Positions 11,250 through 23,892 of a stretch of DNA of 64,000 nt are shown one piece after another. Below the pieces are notes generated by a model. It did no database searches. It was given only the letters and a program-made list of their open reading frames with translations, and had not been told where the DNA came from. A program made the translations under genes and the position numbers. Within the stretch, counting starts at the first letter, position 1. Each line of letters begins with the position of its first letter. Origin of the DNA: Octopus sinensis (taxonomy: Eukaryota). The stretch spans positions 41,106,001 through 41,170,000 of the forward strand of contig NC_043013.1 in assembly GCF_006345805.1 (NCBI RefSeq), read 5' to 3'.

Positions 11250-13460
11250 AATTTCGTGAGATCATCAGGCACTGGATGATTGCACGCAATAAAGTTAATC
11301 CACTAAAGGTAACCAAGAACCACAAGGACTCGAAGTTATAACAGGAGGTACTTGCTTAAGGTGCCGGTCAGTGGGATAGAAGCTGAAACCCCGAGGGCAT
11401 GAGGGATTTTATTAGGTTCCAAGAAATTTCTGGACTCTAGTACAATATATCTCATTCACTCTTAGGTCCTGTCAAAATTTCGTTGTCATTACTTTATAAG
11501 TTTTCAAAAGTTACAATGAAAACTAAAAGAATCTCATCCCCACTGCACAAAAAAAAAAAAAAAAAATGAAAGTCTCAGAAATACCCTTTCGTGAGATAGC
11601 TGTTGCAATATTTAGAATTGCAGGAAGTCAAAATTATTGACTAGGAATTTTTAAAAAATCATGCAGAACGAAGCAGGAAACGCTAATTTTGGTATTTATA
11701 AAAATAAGCAATATTTCAATCGCCTTTAGGAAAATAAACACTTCAAAACATAGAATTGTAACGAGCAATTTTTATAAATTAAATACGACCCAAGAAGATA
11801 GTAAAACTACAAAATTGAAATCAGGTCGCAAACGACTTAGCAGGGAATGTTTCGCCCAACTAAAAATGTTGAAATTACTCAATTTTGTGAGATGATCAGG
11901 CACTGAATAATTGCTCACAACAAAGTTAACTCCACTAAAGGTACCCAAGAACCACAAGAAGTGGTACTAGAGAGGACGGCAGATACTCAGCAAGGTACAA
12001 GAATACCTCCTGCAGGGTATATAGTTGCCATCATCTAAATTTGACTGTTTTGGACAAAGTAATTGCAAAAGACACTTGCTCAAGGTGCCAATCAGTGGGA
12101 TAGAAGCTGAAACTCAAGACACGCAGGATTTTATTAAGTCCCAAGAAATTCTCGGACTAGTAGAATATCCCCCTATTCACTCTTAGGTGTTGCCAAAAAC
12201 GTCGTTGTCATTAACATAAAGACAAGCGTTAAAAAGGTAGAATGAAAAAAAACTCCCACAAAAAAGCTTTTTCAGAAATACCCTTTCGTGAGATAGCTGT
12301 TGCAATAGTTAATTCCATTTCTTTATTAAGGAAGCGTTCATTAAGCGTTCTAAAATATTTCTAGACAATTGCAGCAAGGCAAAATTATTGAATTGAAATT
12401 AATAAAAAAAATCATGCAGAACGAAGCATGAAACGCCAATAATTTTGACATTTATAAAGATTAAGCAATATTTTTATCGCCTTCAGGAAAAAAAAAAAGA
12501 CTTCAAAACTTAGAATTGTAACGAGCAATGTTTATAAATCAAATACGACCCAAGAAGATAGTAAAACTACAAAATTGAAATCAGGTCGCAAACGACTTAG
12601 CCGGGAATGTTTCGCCCAACTAAAAACGTTGAAATTGCTCAATTTTGTGAGATGATCAGGCACTGAATAATTGCTCGCAACAAAGATAACTCCACTAAAG
12701 GTAACCAAGAACCGCAAGGAGTGGTACTAGAGAGGACGGCAGATACTCAGCGAGGTACAAGAATACCTCCTGAAGGGTTTATAGTTGCCATCTTCTAAAT
12801 TTGACTGTTTTGGACAAAGTAATTGCAAAAGACACTTGCTCAAGGTTCCAATCAGTGGGATAGAAGCTGAAACCCAAGACACGCAGGATTTTATTAGGTC
12901 CCAAGAAATTCCCGGACTAGTAGAATATCCCATATTCACTTATGGTGCTGCCAAAACGTCGTTATTAACTTACACAGAAGCATTAAAAAGGTAAAATGAA
13001 AAAAAAAAAAAAAAAAAAAAAAACTCCTGCCAGAAAGCTTTTTTTCAGAAATACCCTTTCGTGAGATAGCTGTTGCACTATTTAGAATTGCAATCTCTGA
13101 TTCCATTACATTGGAAATTTTAGAGCGTTTAATGAAAGCTTCGTTAATAGACAATTGCAGAAAGTCAAAATTATTGACTAGGAATAAGTTTAAAAGAAAA
13201 TAAAAATAGTCATGCAGAATGAAGGACGAGACGCCGATTTTGGTATTTATAAAAAAATATCCAATACTTTCATCGCCTTCAGGAAAATAAACTCTTCAAA
13301 ACTGAACTGTAACGAACAATATTTGTAAATGGAATAATACGACCTAAGGTAGGTTAAAAAAAAAATATAAACAAAAAATAACACTGCAAAATTGAAACCA
13401 GGTGGCAAACGACTTTGCAGGAAGTTTTTTGTTCCACTAAAAACATTTAAATTGCTCAAC
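11250..13460. repeat. Tandem triplication of a roughly 760-bp unit
   Basis: Anchor AATTT(T/C)GTGAGAT(G/C)ATCAGGCACTG at 11250, 11881 and 12641. Unit 1 lacks about 130-150 bp. Each unit contains a decayed SINE-A core fragment (ACTTGCTCAAGGTGCCAATCAGTGGGATAGAA). Confidence 0.9.
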
Positions 13461-14878
13461 TATAGGTTTGCACAATATCGGATGACGATGAAAGCAAAAA
13501 TCATCATTTAGGCATCAAACTTCATGAAATTACAAAAATTCTACAGACCAGTTCAATTTCGCATACAAAGTTCGAGATAGATTCATCTATTCCGCTTTCC
13601 TCGCTTGACCATGAGAATTAGTTAAATTTGAATAAAACTCAAATATAACCGATGCAATAACAGTCTTTGGGTTCGCATGGAATCAACAGGAAGTCAAATT
13701 AGATCCAGGATAGGTTTCGTGTTTTCTTCCCTCTTCGATAATTTTCCAACAGAAAAGAAAATCAGTCGTTCAATTTGACCGCTGAAAATAATATTTAAGA
13801 GCATAAACAGCAGAAATTCCATAATTTAGACATTACTTCTATTTTTATATCTAAATTCATAGCTTTCAATAACATCGTGTCAATGTTTCGAGTTTCCATT
13901 AAATTTTCGATTTCGCTCTATTGTTAATCGTGTTAAAACCTAACTCAAAAACACGTCGTGACAACTACAATATAAATATTTAAGTATCCATCAACCAAAT
14001 CAATCAGCACTTGACAAAGTAGTAAACTTCTGCCGAGGTAAATCCTATCTGGTTATGATGCACGAGAGAAGCCATTTCGTTTATACAACACTTCGCTTAT
14101 ACCGGTTTCAGTCACTGAACCACAGCTACATATTGAAGCCTTGCAATGACGCTGACCTGAGCACTTTTCATTCCAGAACTTTATTGGATAGGCTAAGTCA
14201 GCGCTTGACAAGGGGCCGCATAGTGATACGAGTAAAGATAAACGCAACGTTCTCAATGTTACACTCGCACATTCGGCCGTTTACTAAATGTTACTCAAGG
14301 ATTTGTTAAATCTGAGACAACGGTAGAAGGCTCCAAGTTGCCCTACAATAGAATTGAACGTGAAACATGGTTTCGAAGAGAACTTAACATCTATATCCGT
14401 GTCTATAAATCTAACAATAGCGACTCATTTGATTGGAATATTAATTTCCAAAGAATTATGAACTACATAGTCTATATTGCCGGCAGGAAGCTAATGAAGC
14501 TGGAGCACCCACTTCCCTCCGACAAAGTGTATGACGAAAAATATATACCTTCATAAAAGCAGCCAGAGTCAAAGCAGTGTCCCATGGTTATCAATTTTTC
14601 ACGCTGAAAATAAAAGTTTGAGATTTAGTTTACGAAAGCCGGTTCTTTAAGTTATCACGCGAAAGAAAATTAAATTTAAAGCACATTTTACAGAAGCATG
14701 ATTTATTTCCAACCCCGAAACTGGTCTTTGGCTTCATTCCTAGCAATCAGTAATGAAACGATGCTGAATAAAAAATCTAACCCTTTTCCTGTTCGAAGCA
14801 TTCCATAATTTTGCCCAAAACGTTTGTTTTCAGAGTTCCAGTTAGCTTTTGTTTCATACGTTCAAAGTAATTCTTTCC

Positions 14879-15175
14879 CGTTTCAGTCATTTGACTTCAG
14901 CCACGCTGGAGCACCGCTTTTAGTCAAACAAATCGATCTAAGGACTTTGTAAGCCTGGTGCTTATTCTAGGTCTCTTTTGCGAACCTCTAAGTTACAGGG
15001 ACGTAAGCACACTAATATCGGTTGTCAAGGTGGTGGGTGACAGATGCACATAAATGACAGGCTTTCAGTTTCCGTCTACCAAATCCACTCAAGAATGTTT
15101 AGCCCGAGGCTATTGTAGATATTTGCCCAAGGTGCCACGTGATTAGGAATCAAACTTCTTACCACCCAGCCACGT
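14879..15175 (-). mobile_element. Decayed SINE family A copy
   Basis: GTTTCAGTCATTTGAC..GCCACGCTGGAGCACCGC tail, TTTCAGTTTCCGTCTACCAAATCCACTC body, TTGCCCAAGGTGCCACG core. Confidence 0.8.
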
Positions 15176-15592
15176 AATATAAAGCTTTCCTTTAAGTCTC
15201 AGGTTACTTTGGTGAGTGAAATAAAATCCAGAATTTGTATGATACACGACCACCAGGAAATGTAGTGTGTATGGCATGTGATACATAGAGTAGGCAAAGC
15301 GTTAACATAAGTGTGTTAGACACTGGAATGCAAAGAAAAATATTAACAGGTGGTCGATTCCACTATCTTTGACAGGAACAAAAAGAAACAGCTGGAAAAA
15401 TGACGAGAAATCTGAAGAGAATTCAATATTACGAATTCAAGCAGCCATAGATTTTACTGTAATCATCCCTTAACGCAGAGGAACGTCGAAATTTACCTCG
15501 TGATTCAAAGAATATACCAGAGTGGATTTATTTTGATTTTCGCTAGACCTACTGGAAATCTATCATCATTAAATTAAAATATGCTGTTAGTG

Positions 15593-15735
15593 ACAAGTGG
15601 TTGGCACTGGAACAGTTTCAATTCCATCCGGATAATTTAGATAAATTACAATGAAGCTAGACCTTGTAACAAGTGGTTGGTACTGGCGCAGTTTCAAATC
15701 CATCAGGATAATTTAGTTGAATTACAATGAAATTA
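15593..15735. repeat. Two-copy 76-bp tandem duplication
   Basis: ACAAGTGGTTGG.ACTGG..CAGTTTCAA.TCCATC.GGATAATTTAG.T.AATTACAATGAA at 15593 and 15669. Confidence 0.85.
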
Positions 15736-15890
15736 AGTTAAAATTTTTAAAAAACTTTACACTAGATGAAATCGTGTCAGTTGTTTAGGCAAACTACAAA
15801 ACGTTCCAGCCAATAACAATCCCATTTTTTCAGAAAATTTGAAAGAACTTTATCCAGTGTTTATTTATTTAAGGGATATTCATCCAGGTA

Positions 15891-16186
15891 CTACTAGCGA
15901 ACAGTGGTCCCGGTGCGTGCACGCGCTAGATAGTCGTAAGGAGTCGATCCTACAACGACTTTTTAACCTTAACCTTAGTTTGTTTATAAAAATAATTTAC
16001 TTAGTTTAAAGACTGATTTACTTTGCGTTTTATTTACTTTGTTCGAAAAATATTAGTTAATTTTCTTTGATATGTATTCAGCCTTGAAATACAAACATAC
16101 GCGCAAGTCGTTGAAGGATCGACTACTTACGACTAGCTAGCGCGGATGCGCGGGGGCGCGCACAGGGCCCACTGTTCACTAGTAGT
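15891..16186. mobile_element. MITE with about 70-bp imperfect TIRs and TA target duplication (Tc1/mariner-like)
   Basis: Left CTACTAGCGAACAGTGGTCCCGGTGCG...GCTAGATAGTCGTAAGGAGTCGATCCTACAACGACTT; right AAGTCGTTGAAGGATCGACTACTTACGACTAGCTAGC...GGGCCCACTGTTCACTAGTAG. Flanks GGTA and TACC give an empty site GGTACC. Confidence 0.8.
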
Positions 16187-16794
16187 ACCAGTTATCCATT
16201 TCTAATCGGCCAAACCACACTGCAGATTCTCTTTCGTTAGAGCTGTGATAGTGAATTATGTATTCGAAGCTTCTTTAAATAGGTGAAACATCCCTGGTAG
16301 TTGAATCGAGTCCCTTATTGGTTTGAAACAACCAAATTAATCTGTCCAAAAAGATCTTTAGAAATAAGCTGTCATAAATAATTGTAAATGAGACCAAGAA
16401 TTACCTAAAAAGAATCAGAGACAAAATGCAATAAAGTCTAATAAGGTACTGCTTAGTTTCGGCTTTGAGCAAACGCAAAAGCTAACTCAGCACCGACAAC
16501 AAGGTTGTCGTTAGGAGTATTTAAGAGGACTAAAGTTTCCAATGGATCACTTCTGGATTTAAAAACCAGGGAGAATTGAAGGATCTTCCAGAGGCTTCAG
16601 AGTTTATACACGGGTTAACCTAGATAAAGGAATATTAAGTCCTTCCAGTCCTTTTGGAGGGAGACATATGGGACCATTTCGTTTGCTATTTAAGACTAGT
16701 GTATGAATTGAAAGGGAGGTAGCTACTATTTTTTTTTTATTACGTCCTTTATTAAATAATTAGTAAATTAGTTATCAGCTCCGGCTGATACCTG

Positions 16795-16914
16795 GTGCCC
16801 GTGTTTAGACAATTATTTTGTGTCTTCATAGGCGAAGACATGGCTGTATGGTTAAGAAATACGCCTGGGGCTCGACCTCACTTCGCACCATCTATCATTT
16901 CCTTTGGGTGACCA
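16795..16914 (+). repeat. 120-bp direct repeat, copy 1 (copy 2 at 19054-19173)
   Basis: GTGCCCGTGTTTAGACAATTATTTT...CTATCATTTCCTTTGGGTGACCA, near-identical, offset 2259 bp. Confidence 0.9.
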
Positions 16915-17779
16915 TGTAGAGTTAATGGCAACAATGCTCGACGGCAAAACAGTGACTGAATGAATAAACTTTTGAATGAGAAAAAAGTTGTGATACATAC
17001 TTTTAATTACTACTTCTGAAAGTAGTGAAACTGCTTCTGTACGGTTGTATTTGTCTGAGAGCAGCGCCAGGATACGAAACCAACGGATGGAATGCAGGGC
17101 AATTTTAGTGACAGTCAATGGCATATAAAATTTTTGTTGGGTTATCAGGCAGTCTTTAAGTGTGCTAACCGCCGAAAATATTTTTTAGCAAGATAAAATG
17201 TTAAAATACGCACTCGACAACTGAGTTTATAGTTCAAGGGCTCATGTTTTGTTAGTTTCAAATTTAGCGATATCGACTTGTGATAAAAGTCTCTCGGGTA
17301 TGTCATATTTAGTTACGCTTTAAACAAGACACTGAAAGGAATTTTACCCCCCCCCCCAAAAAAAAACCTTCCAAACAGGAAGTATTCAATCCAGATAGGA
17401 CGTAAGCAATGAATTTAAGAGTTTTACAGCAGAAGCAAAGGTTAACTGGTTTTCTATTCGATCACTTATGCAAGATAGTAAGCAGGAAAATGAATAAAAA
17501 GCTTGCATGACTGTACTAGAAGATTTCGTTTAGTAAACTAGAGCACCTTTTCAACAGATTTAGCAAGTCATCGACGAGTTAAATTAACGGTCTGCTCAAT
17601 GGTTCCGCAGCGGGTGGAAGAAGTTGAAGAGAACAATGTAATTCCCCTTCAAAGAATAAAGTTTAAAAAAAAAATCCAAGTCAATGTCGGTCCAGTTTAC
17701 ACAGCATTTTCGCTATATATGATAAATAATAATAAAAAAATGATATGTAGAGGTGAACAAATGTGATGGAATATTAAGG

Positions 17780-18260
17780 TGATAGATTGATATATATCTA
17801 TCTGAAGCGACTACATATTGGTGTAGAGAATTGACAGTTATCAGAACTGTTAACAATGCTAGGGGACAAGAGTTTTCACGTTTCGCATGTTCAGAGGTAG
17901 CTCCACTCGTTTGCAATGAAGGAATAGTCGTTTGCTAATAAATTGCAATACCGCAGATGTCGGAGAAAAAAAAACAGCTCATCATTGAGTTGCGGCACTA
18001 TCGTGCCATCTTCGGTTGTGTAGATGAAGGGCTCTTCCATTGTGACGACTTTTACTTCGTCTCAGGATCGTACCCGTAGATCCAACTCTCGTCATCGGTG
18101 ATGATCGTCGACATGATGGATGGGTCATCAGCGGCTGACGAAGATCTTCACAGGCTTCGACGCAATGTTCCTTCTGTTCAGTGGTCAGCAGACGGGGTAT
18201 AAACTTGGCAAACACACGCCGCATGTTGGGATTGCCTGCACGAACCCATACGACAGACCA
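17780..18260 (-). pseudogene. Mariner transposase fragment
   Basis: RRVFAKFIPRLLTTEQKEHCVEAC, then after a frameshift IITDDESWIYGYDPET..SSQWK, the first catalytic-Asp region of mariner DDD transposases. Confidence 0.85.
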
Positions 18261-18905
18261 ACAACATTCATTTGGAAAGAAATACGAGTCTGTTGTAAGC
18301 TCAGGTTTCCCATTTCTAGCAGGTGCAGAAGTTGAAAAAAAATATATCCAGATGCTGCATAATGCGAACATCAAAGCGATGCTTGTAGTCAACTGGTTAA
18401 AAGGCAAGCAATTCTTTCATTTAAAAAACACAAAATTCCATGCTCGTTGTTGCTAATCTTCCGTCGTGAGCGCCATCCAATTTTTGTTGCAGAATTGGTG
18501 ATTGTAAGTTTCTAAAGCATTTTTAAAAATGTTAAACCTTGTTGGAACATTCTAATTTGTGTGTTTGTCGGTGTATTCAGGCACCGTTTTATAATTCATT
18601 TTCACCAAGGCAAAGCTTTCTGAAATAAACAAATAATCATTATTTTGTGTCATATTTCTTGCTCTTTTTACGTTCCAAGTTCAAATCCCACCATAGTTAA
18701 TTTTGATTTTTATCCTTACGGAGTCTATAAAATAAAGTAGCAGTCAATTACTGATTCCAATGTAATTGCCTGTACTTTCTTTGAAAATTCTGGCATTGTG
18801 TCTATGGTGGAAATAATAATTTTTTCATTGTGTTTCCAACTTCTTACGTTCTAAGTGCAAATCTCACCGAGATCAACATAGCCTTTTATATCTTTATTGC
18901 CGCTT

Positions 18906-19014
18906 ATCGTTCGATAAACATTGTCTTTCATTGTTCGATAAACATTGTCTTTCATTGTTCGATAAACATTGTCTTTCATCGTTCGATAAACATTGTCTTT
19001 CATCGTTCGATAAA
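18906..19014. repeat. 24-bp minisatellite, about 4.5 copies
   Basis: Unit CAT(T/C)GTTCGATAAACATTGTCTTT. Confidence 0.9.
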
Positions 19015-19053
19015 TACTAGGGGGCGATTTAATCGACCAACCCTCTTTACCTT

Positions 19054-19173
19054 GTGCCCGTGTTTAGACAATTATTTTATGTCTTCATAGGCGAAGACAT
19101 GGCTGTCTGGTTAAGAAATACGCCTGGGGCTCGACCTCACTTCGCACCATCTATCATTTCCTTTGGGTGACCA
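19054..19173 (+). repeat. 120-bp direct repeat, copy 2
   Basis: Matches 16795-16914 with about 3 substitutions. Confidence 0.9.
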
Positions 19174-19544
19174 ATAATTTAAGAGTGAAATATGGTTAAC
19201 GGAAACCACGACGAAACCTATCGTTAATACACTCACTCACATACTCGTCATAATAAACAAGGGAGAACTCAATATAAGAGTTTACAATCTAATATTTTTA
19301 TCAAAAAGTTGTATTATCATTTGATCATTTCATATATTGTTTTGTCTTTTATTTTTGAACAGAACGTCTATTTAAAAGGAGATCAACAAAAATTTCTAAT
19401 GTTTTATGCCTTGCAATAATATAAACGTTTCTGCTGCTGAGGTCGATAAAATGAGTAACAAGCGAGTAGTGGGGTCGATTCACTTTCCTTGGCCCCATTC
19501 CCAAAATTGCTGATCTTGTGCTAAAATTTGAAACTAATAATCTT

Positions 19545-19965
19545 TTCTACTAGAGGTACAAGGCCTGAAATTTGGGGGAGGGGGCCAGACGATTAGATCA
19601 ACTCAGTATGCAACTGGTACTTAATTTATCGACCCCGAAAGGATAAAAGGTAAAGTCGACCTCGGCTAAAGGATAATAGGTAAAGTCGACGTCGGCGGAT
19701 TTTGAACTCAGAACATAAAGACAGATGAAATACCTATTTCTTTACTACCCACAAGGGGCTAAACACAGACAGGATAAACAAGGACAGACAAAGGGATTAA
19801 GTCGATTATATCGACCTCAGAGCGTGACTGGTACTTATTTAATCGACCCAGAAAGGATGAAAGGTAAAGTGGACCTCGGCGGAGTTTGAACACAGAACGT
19901 AGCGGCAGACGAAATACTGCAAAGTATTTCGCCCGGCGTGCTAACCTTTTTGCCAACTCACCGCC
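19545..19965 (-). mobile_element. SINE family C, long form with internally duplicated body
   Basis: Two TTTATCGACCC..AAAGGATGAAAGG.AAAGT.GACCTCGGC..A.TTTGAAC modules separated by GAAATACCTATTTCTTTACTACCCACAAGGGGCTAAACACAG; head ends GCCAACTCACCGCC. Confidence 0.85.
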
Positions 19966-19992
19966 ATTTGAAACTAATAATATAAACGTTCT

Positions 19993-20200
19993 CAAGACGG
20001 CGTACTGGCAGAATTGCTTGCAACACCGGACAAAATGCTTAGCGACATTTCGTCCGACCTTACGTTCTGAAATCAAATTCTGCCGTGGTCGACTTTGAGT
20101 TTTATCCTTTTGGAGTCGATAAAATAAGTACAGTCGAGCACTGAGATTCTTGTAATCGACTTACCACTCCACCGAAATTGTTGGCCTTGGACCAAAAACG
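19993..20200 (+). mobile_element. Decayed SINE family C copy, divergent from the previous one
   Basis: GGCGTACTGGCAGAATTGCTTGCAACACCGGACAAAATGCTTAGC...GGTCGACTTTG...GGAGTCGATAAAATAAGTAC. Confidence 0.7.
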
Positions 20201-20226
20201 CAAAAAAGCACTGAGTTTATATATAC

Positions 20227-20613
20227 ACTAGCAGTATCGCCCGGCGTTGCTCAGGTTTGTAAGGGAAATAACTATAAAGCATTTTTAGAGAGTTATAGCC
20301 AAAAAACAGCAAAAAAATGGGAAAAAATGATGGTAAATTTTTTTTTGATAGTTAAAAAAGGTGGAGTTGCGTCCCCTACACAGTTTGTGGTTTGTGTTCC
20401 TGATTCTCGACCCCATGTCGAATTTATCGATTTTTTTCAGAACTGGGGGAACTTTTCAAAATTTTCGCTGCGTTAGTTTTGAATTATGACATTGGGCTAT
20501 GTGTGTGTCAAGTTTCATCTGAATCGGTTGAAAGCCGTGGTCAGGGTGAGGGTACAAGCAAACAGACACACAGAAACACGCACAGACAAACTGCCGTTTA
20601 TATAGAGAGAGAT
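20227..20613 (+). mobile_element. Non-autonomous Helitron/Helentron-like element
   Basis: Begins ACTAGCAGTATCGCCCGGCGTTGCTC.GG, contains AAGTTTCATCTGAATCGG and ends ACAGACAAACTGCCGTTTATATAGAG; these termini resemble DINE/HINE-like elements. Confidence 0.6.
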
Positions 20614-20660
20614 ATACGTGTGTGTGTGTGTATGTATTCTTTCATTCTTTTATTAATTTA

Positions 20661-20863
20661 TTTGTTTCAGTCATTTCACTGCGGCCATGCTGGAGCACCG
20701 GTTTTAGTCGACCAAATGGACCCCAGGAATTATTTGCAAGTCTAGTACTTATTCTATCAGTCAATTTTGCCGAAACGCTAGTTTACGAGGACATAAGCAC
20801 ACCAACATCGTGTGCTTATAAGCACACACATAAGCACACACAAACATACACACAGACACAGAT

Positions 20864-20900
<37 letters not shown>

Positions 20901-21062
20901 CACGACGGGCTTCTTTCAGTTTCTGTCTGCCAAATCCACTCACAAAGCTTTGGTCGGCCCGAGGCTATAGTAGAAGACATTTGCCGAAGATGCCACGCAG
21001 TGGGACTGAACCCACAACAATGAGGTTGGTAAGCAAGCTATTTACCACACATGCCTGCGCCT
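20661..21062 (-). mobile_element. SINE family A (tRNA head, CORE-like domain, microsatellite linker, LINE-type tail)
   Basis: All modules present and collinear with 31565-31962. Confidence 0.9.
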
Positions 21063-21160
21063 ATGTATATATATATATATATGTATATATATGTGTATAT
21101 ATATATATATATGTGTGTATATATGTTTATATATGTGTATATATATATATGTATGTGTGT

Positions 21161-21205
<45 letters not shown>

Positions 21206-21234
21206 ATATTTATATATGTATATGTATATATATG

Positions 21235-21265
<31 letters not shown>

Positions 21266-21322
21266 ATGTATATATGTATATATATGTATATATTTATATA
21301 TGTATATGTATATATATGTGTG

Positions 21323-21354
<32 letters not shown>

Positions 21355-21440
21355 AATTAGAAAAAAACACCTTTTATCAATTCAATAATGAAAACTTAAA
21401 TTATACCATCTAGAAAATATATATAATTTATATATATATA
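21062..21440. repeat. (TA)n/(TG)n microsatellite
   Basis: Direct reading. Confidence 0.95.
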
Positions 21441-21924
21441 AATGTGTGTGTGTGCTTGTGTCTGTTTCTCTCTACCGGTGTTGGTGTGTTTACGTCCTTG
21501 TAACATAGCAGTTCGGCAAAAGAGATCCGTAATACCAGGTGTTACGAAAAAATAATAAGTACTGGGGCCGATTCGTTTGACTGATATATTCTTCAAGGTG
21601 ATGCCCCAACATGGCCCGCAGTTTAAAGAATGAAACAGATAAAAGATTTATTGCAGCGGAATTTTTTATTACGAGGCCAAACACTAAAAACGAAAGAGGA
21701 TCAGACTGTAGCCAGCGTTGATAAGAATTAGTTCAATAACATTTTTAATTATCTAAAATAATTAAAGCGGTGAGCTGGCAGAGTCGTTAGCACGCTTGGT
21801 GTAATGCTTAGCGCCATTTCGTCTGTCTCCACGCTCTGAGTTCAAATTCAGAACGTAAATACAAGTTGCATTTCAATTCACAATGCCAGTTAAATCTTCC
21901 TTAAAGCGCTGCCATACCACCGTG

Positions 21925-22222
21925 AAGGCGCGTGACTTCGTGGTTAGGGGTATTCGGGTCACAATCGTAAGGTCCTGCGTTCGATACCCGGTGAACATGA
22001 TACTTTACTTTGCGTTCCTCCAGTCTACTCGGTTGGCAAAAATAAGATGTACCTGTAATTCAAAGGGCCAGCATTGTCACATTCTTGTGTCAAAGCTGAA
22101 TGTCCCTATTACGGTACTCGTGCCTGAGGAGCACTCGGCCACTTGCACGTTAATTTCACAAACAGACTGTTTCGTTGATTGGATCAACTGAAACACTCGT
22201 CGTCGCAACCAACGGAGTGCCG
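21925..22222 (+). mobile_element. Decayed SINE family B copy
   Basis: GTGGTTAGGG..TTCGG...GGTTCGATACCCGG head; GAGCACTCGGCCACTTGCACGTTAATTTCAC...CGTCGTCGCAACCAACGGAGTGCC tail. Confidence 0.75.
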
Positions 22223-22612
22223 CTTTTTATTCCTACAAACGTCCCAGGAGGAAAGGATATTATAGTCTTACGTGAATTCTACAAAAACAAAACAAAACAA
22301 AAATCGAAAATATATGGTTGTCATAGCTACAGTAGCTGGAATGCCTTCGATTATGGATCTGATCAATCAGACTTCCCCTACAGCTAAACAAAAACATCAA
22401 TATGACTTGCTGACTCACTATACAGCTGTTATTAATAAATTTGTTTATACACTTTATTTTTATTAGTCCAGTTGAATTTCAGTTTATCAAAATTTCTTGG
22501 TTCCTTAAATCTGGTATATTAACACGCACTTTACTATTAAGTTACCATGCAACGGAGAGGCGTCTCTGGGTAATTTTTCACTAGTTAACCTACATTGTTG
22601 TTATTAGAGAGA

Positions 22613-22812
22613 GAAGGCGGCGAGCCGGGGCGAAATGGTTAGCGGTATTTCGTCTGCTTTTACATTACGAGTTCAAATTCCGCCGAGGTCGACTTTGCCT
22701 TTCATCCTTTCGGGGTCGATAAATTAAGTACCAGTTACGCACTGGAGTAGATATAATCGACTTGCCCGCCTCCCCCCAAATTTCGGGCCTTGTGCCTAGA
22801 GTAGAAAAGATT
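22613..22812 (+). mobile_element. SINE family C, short form
   Basis: AAGGCGGCGAGC..GGCGAAATG.TTAGCGGTATTTCGTC...GAGTTCAAATTCCGCCGAGGTCGACTTTGCC...GGGCCTTGTGCCTAGAGTAGAAA. Confidence 0.85.
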
Positions 22813-22858
22813 ATTACAGAGAGAGAGAGAGAGAGGGAGTGTGAGAGAGAGAGAGGGA

Positions 22859-22899
<41 letters not shown>

Positions 22900-23620
22900 A
22901 ATCATTAAAGCGTTGCAAATATAAATTGCGGTGTTTGCTCCGAGTCTTTTACATTTTGAGTTCAAATCCCGCTAAGGTCATCTTTGCCTTTCATAAATTT
23001 GGAATCGATAAAATAACAACATATTAATGAAGTATTGGGGTCAACGAAATGACTAAATTCATAGCCCTAAAATTGCTGGCCCTGTGCCAAAATTTGAAAC
23101 CGTTAATATCATTATCTCAGTATTAAGTTTTCTCAGCTTAAGTTTTCTGGTTAGTTAACTAGAAGATATTTTCAGGTAATTTGTGTATATTAGCCTTTTG
23201 CGTGTCGTAGCTGTGTGGTAAGAAACTTTCATCCCAACCACATCGTTCCGAGTTCAGTTCCACAGCGTGGCACCTTAGGCAAGTGTCTTCTACTATAGCT
23301 TCGGTCCGAGAAAAGCCTTGTGAGTGGATTTGGTAGACAGAGACTGAAAGGGGGCTCGTCGTTTATGTATATATATATGGGTCGAAACAGGGGCAGCTGA
23401 TGAGGGGGGATTTTCCTTGTATTGCTTGTCCTGTACTCTGTTTTTTCGTTGTTAAAAAAAGTCCGTTTCCTTGTTTGATTTTATGTTTTCGTTTCTCGTT
23501 GTGTTCTACGTTTATTTGTGGTGTCCTCTACTCATATATGCATGTATATATACATATAGATGTAGGTGTGTACATATATGTATGTATGTATGTATGCATG
23601 TGTTTTATTTATCAAATTGT

Positions 23621-23666
<46 letters not shown>

Positions 23667-23785
23667 ACAATCAAGGAACGGCCATAATAGGCCATTCACC
23701 CACTAGAAATAACAGCCAAAGCTTCAACCGCAAATAAAAGTCAATTCCGTAAACAGGAGAAAATTTAAAAAACATTTACCCTGTA

Positions 23786-23892
23786 ATTTCTTATACGATG
23801 CACCGTTTCGTCTGCTGTTTAATGGTAAACTAACCTGATTAAATTAAATCAAGCCAATCTTCCATAGGCCCTCAGATTCTTCAGTAAGAAAT
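23786..23892 (-). ncRNA. Type I hammerhead ribozyme motif (inverted copy)
   Basis: Reverse complement of 24100-24206. Confidence 0.75.

Noticed and set aside
11225-11275. Minus-strand CUGAUGA-UCUCAC-GAAA in unit 1 of the 760-bp repeat
   Set aside because: No stem II pair and no stem I complementarity; units 2 and 3 read CUGAUCA...AAAA. Likely coincidental.
20981-21413. Long Y/I/M/C-rich ORFs (also at about 25.8-26.4, 38.1-38.5, 39.2-39.7 and 48.4-48.9 kb)
   Set aside because: Translations of (TA)n/(TG)n microsatellites, not genes.
23380-23420. GAAAC...CTGATGAGGGGG motif
   Set aside because: No GAAA after a stem II and no cleavage triplet or stem I in any topology I could build.
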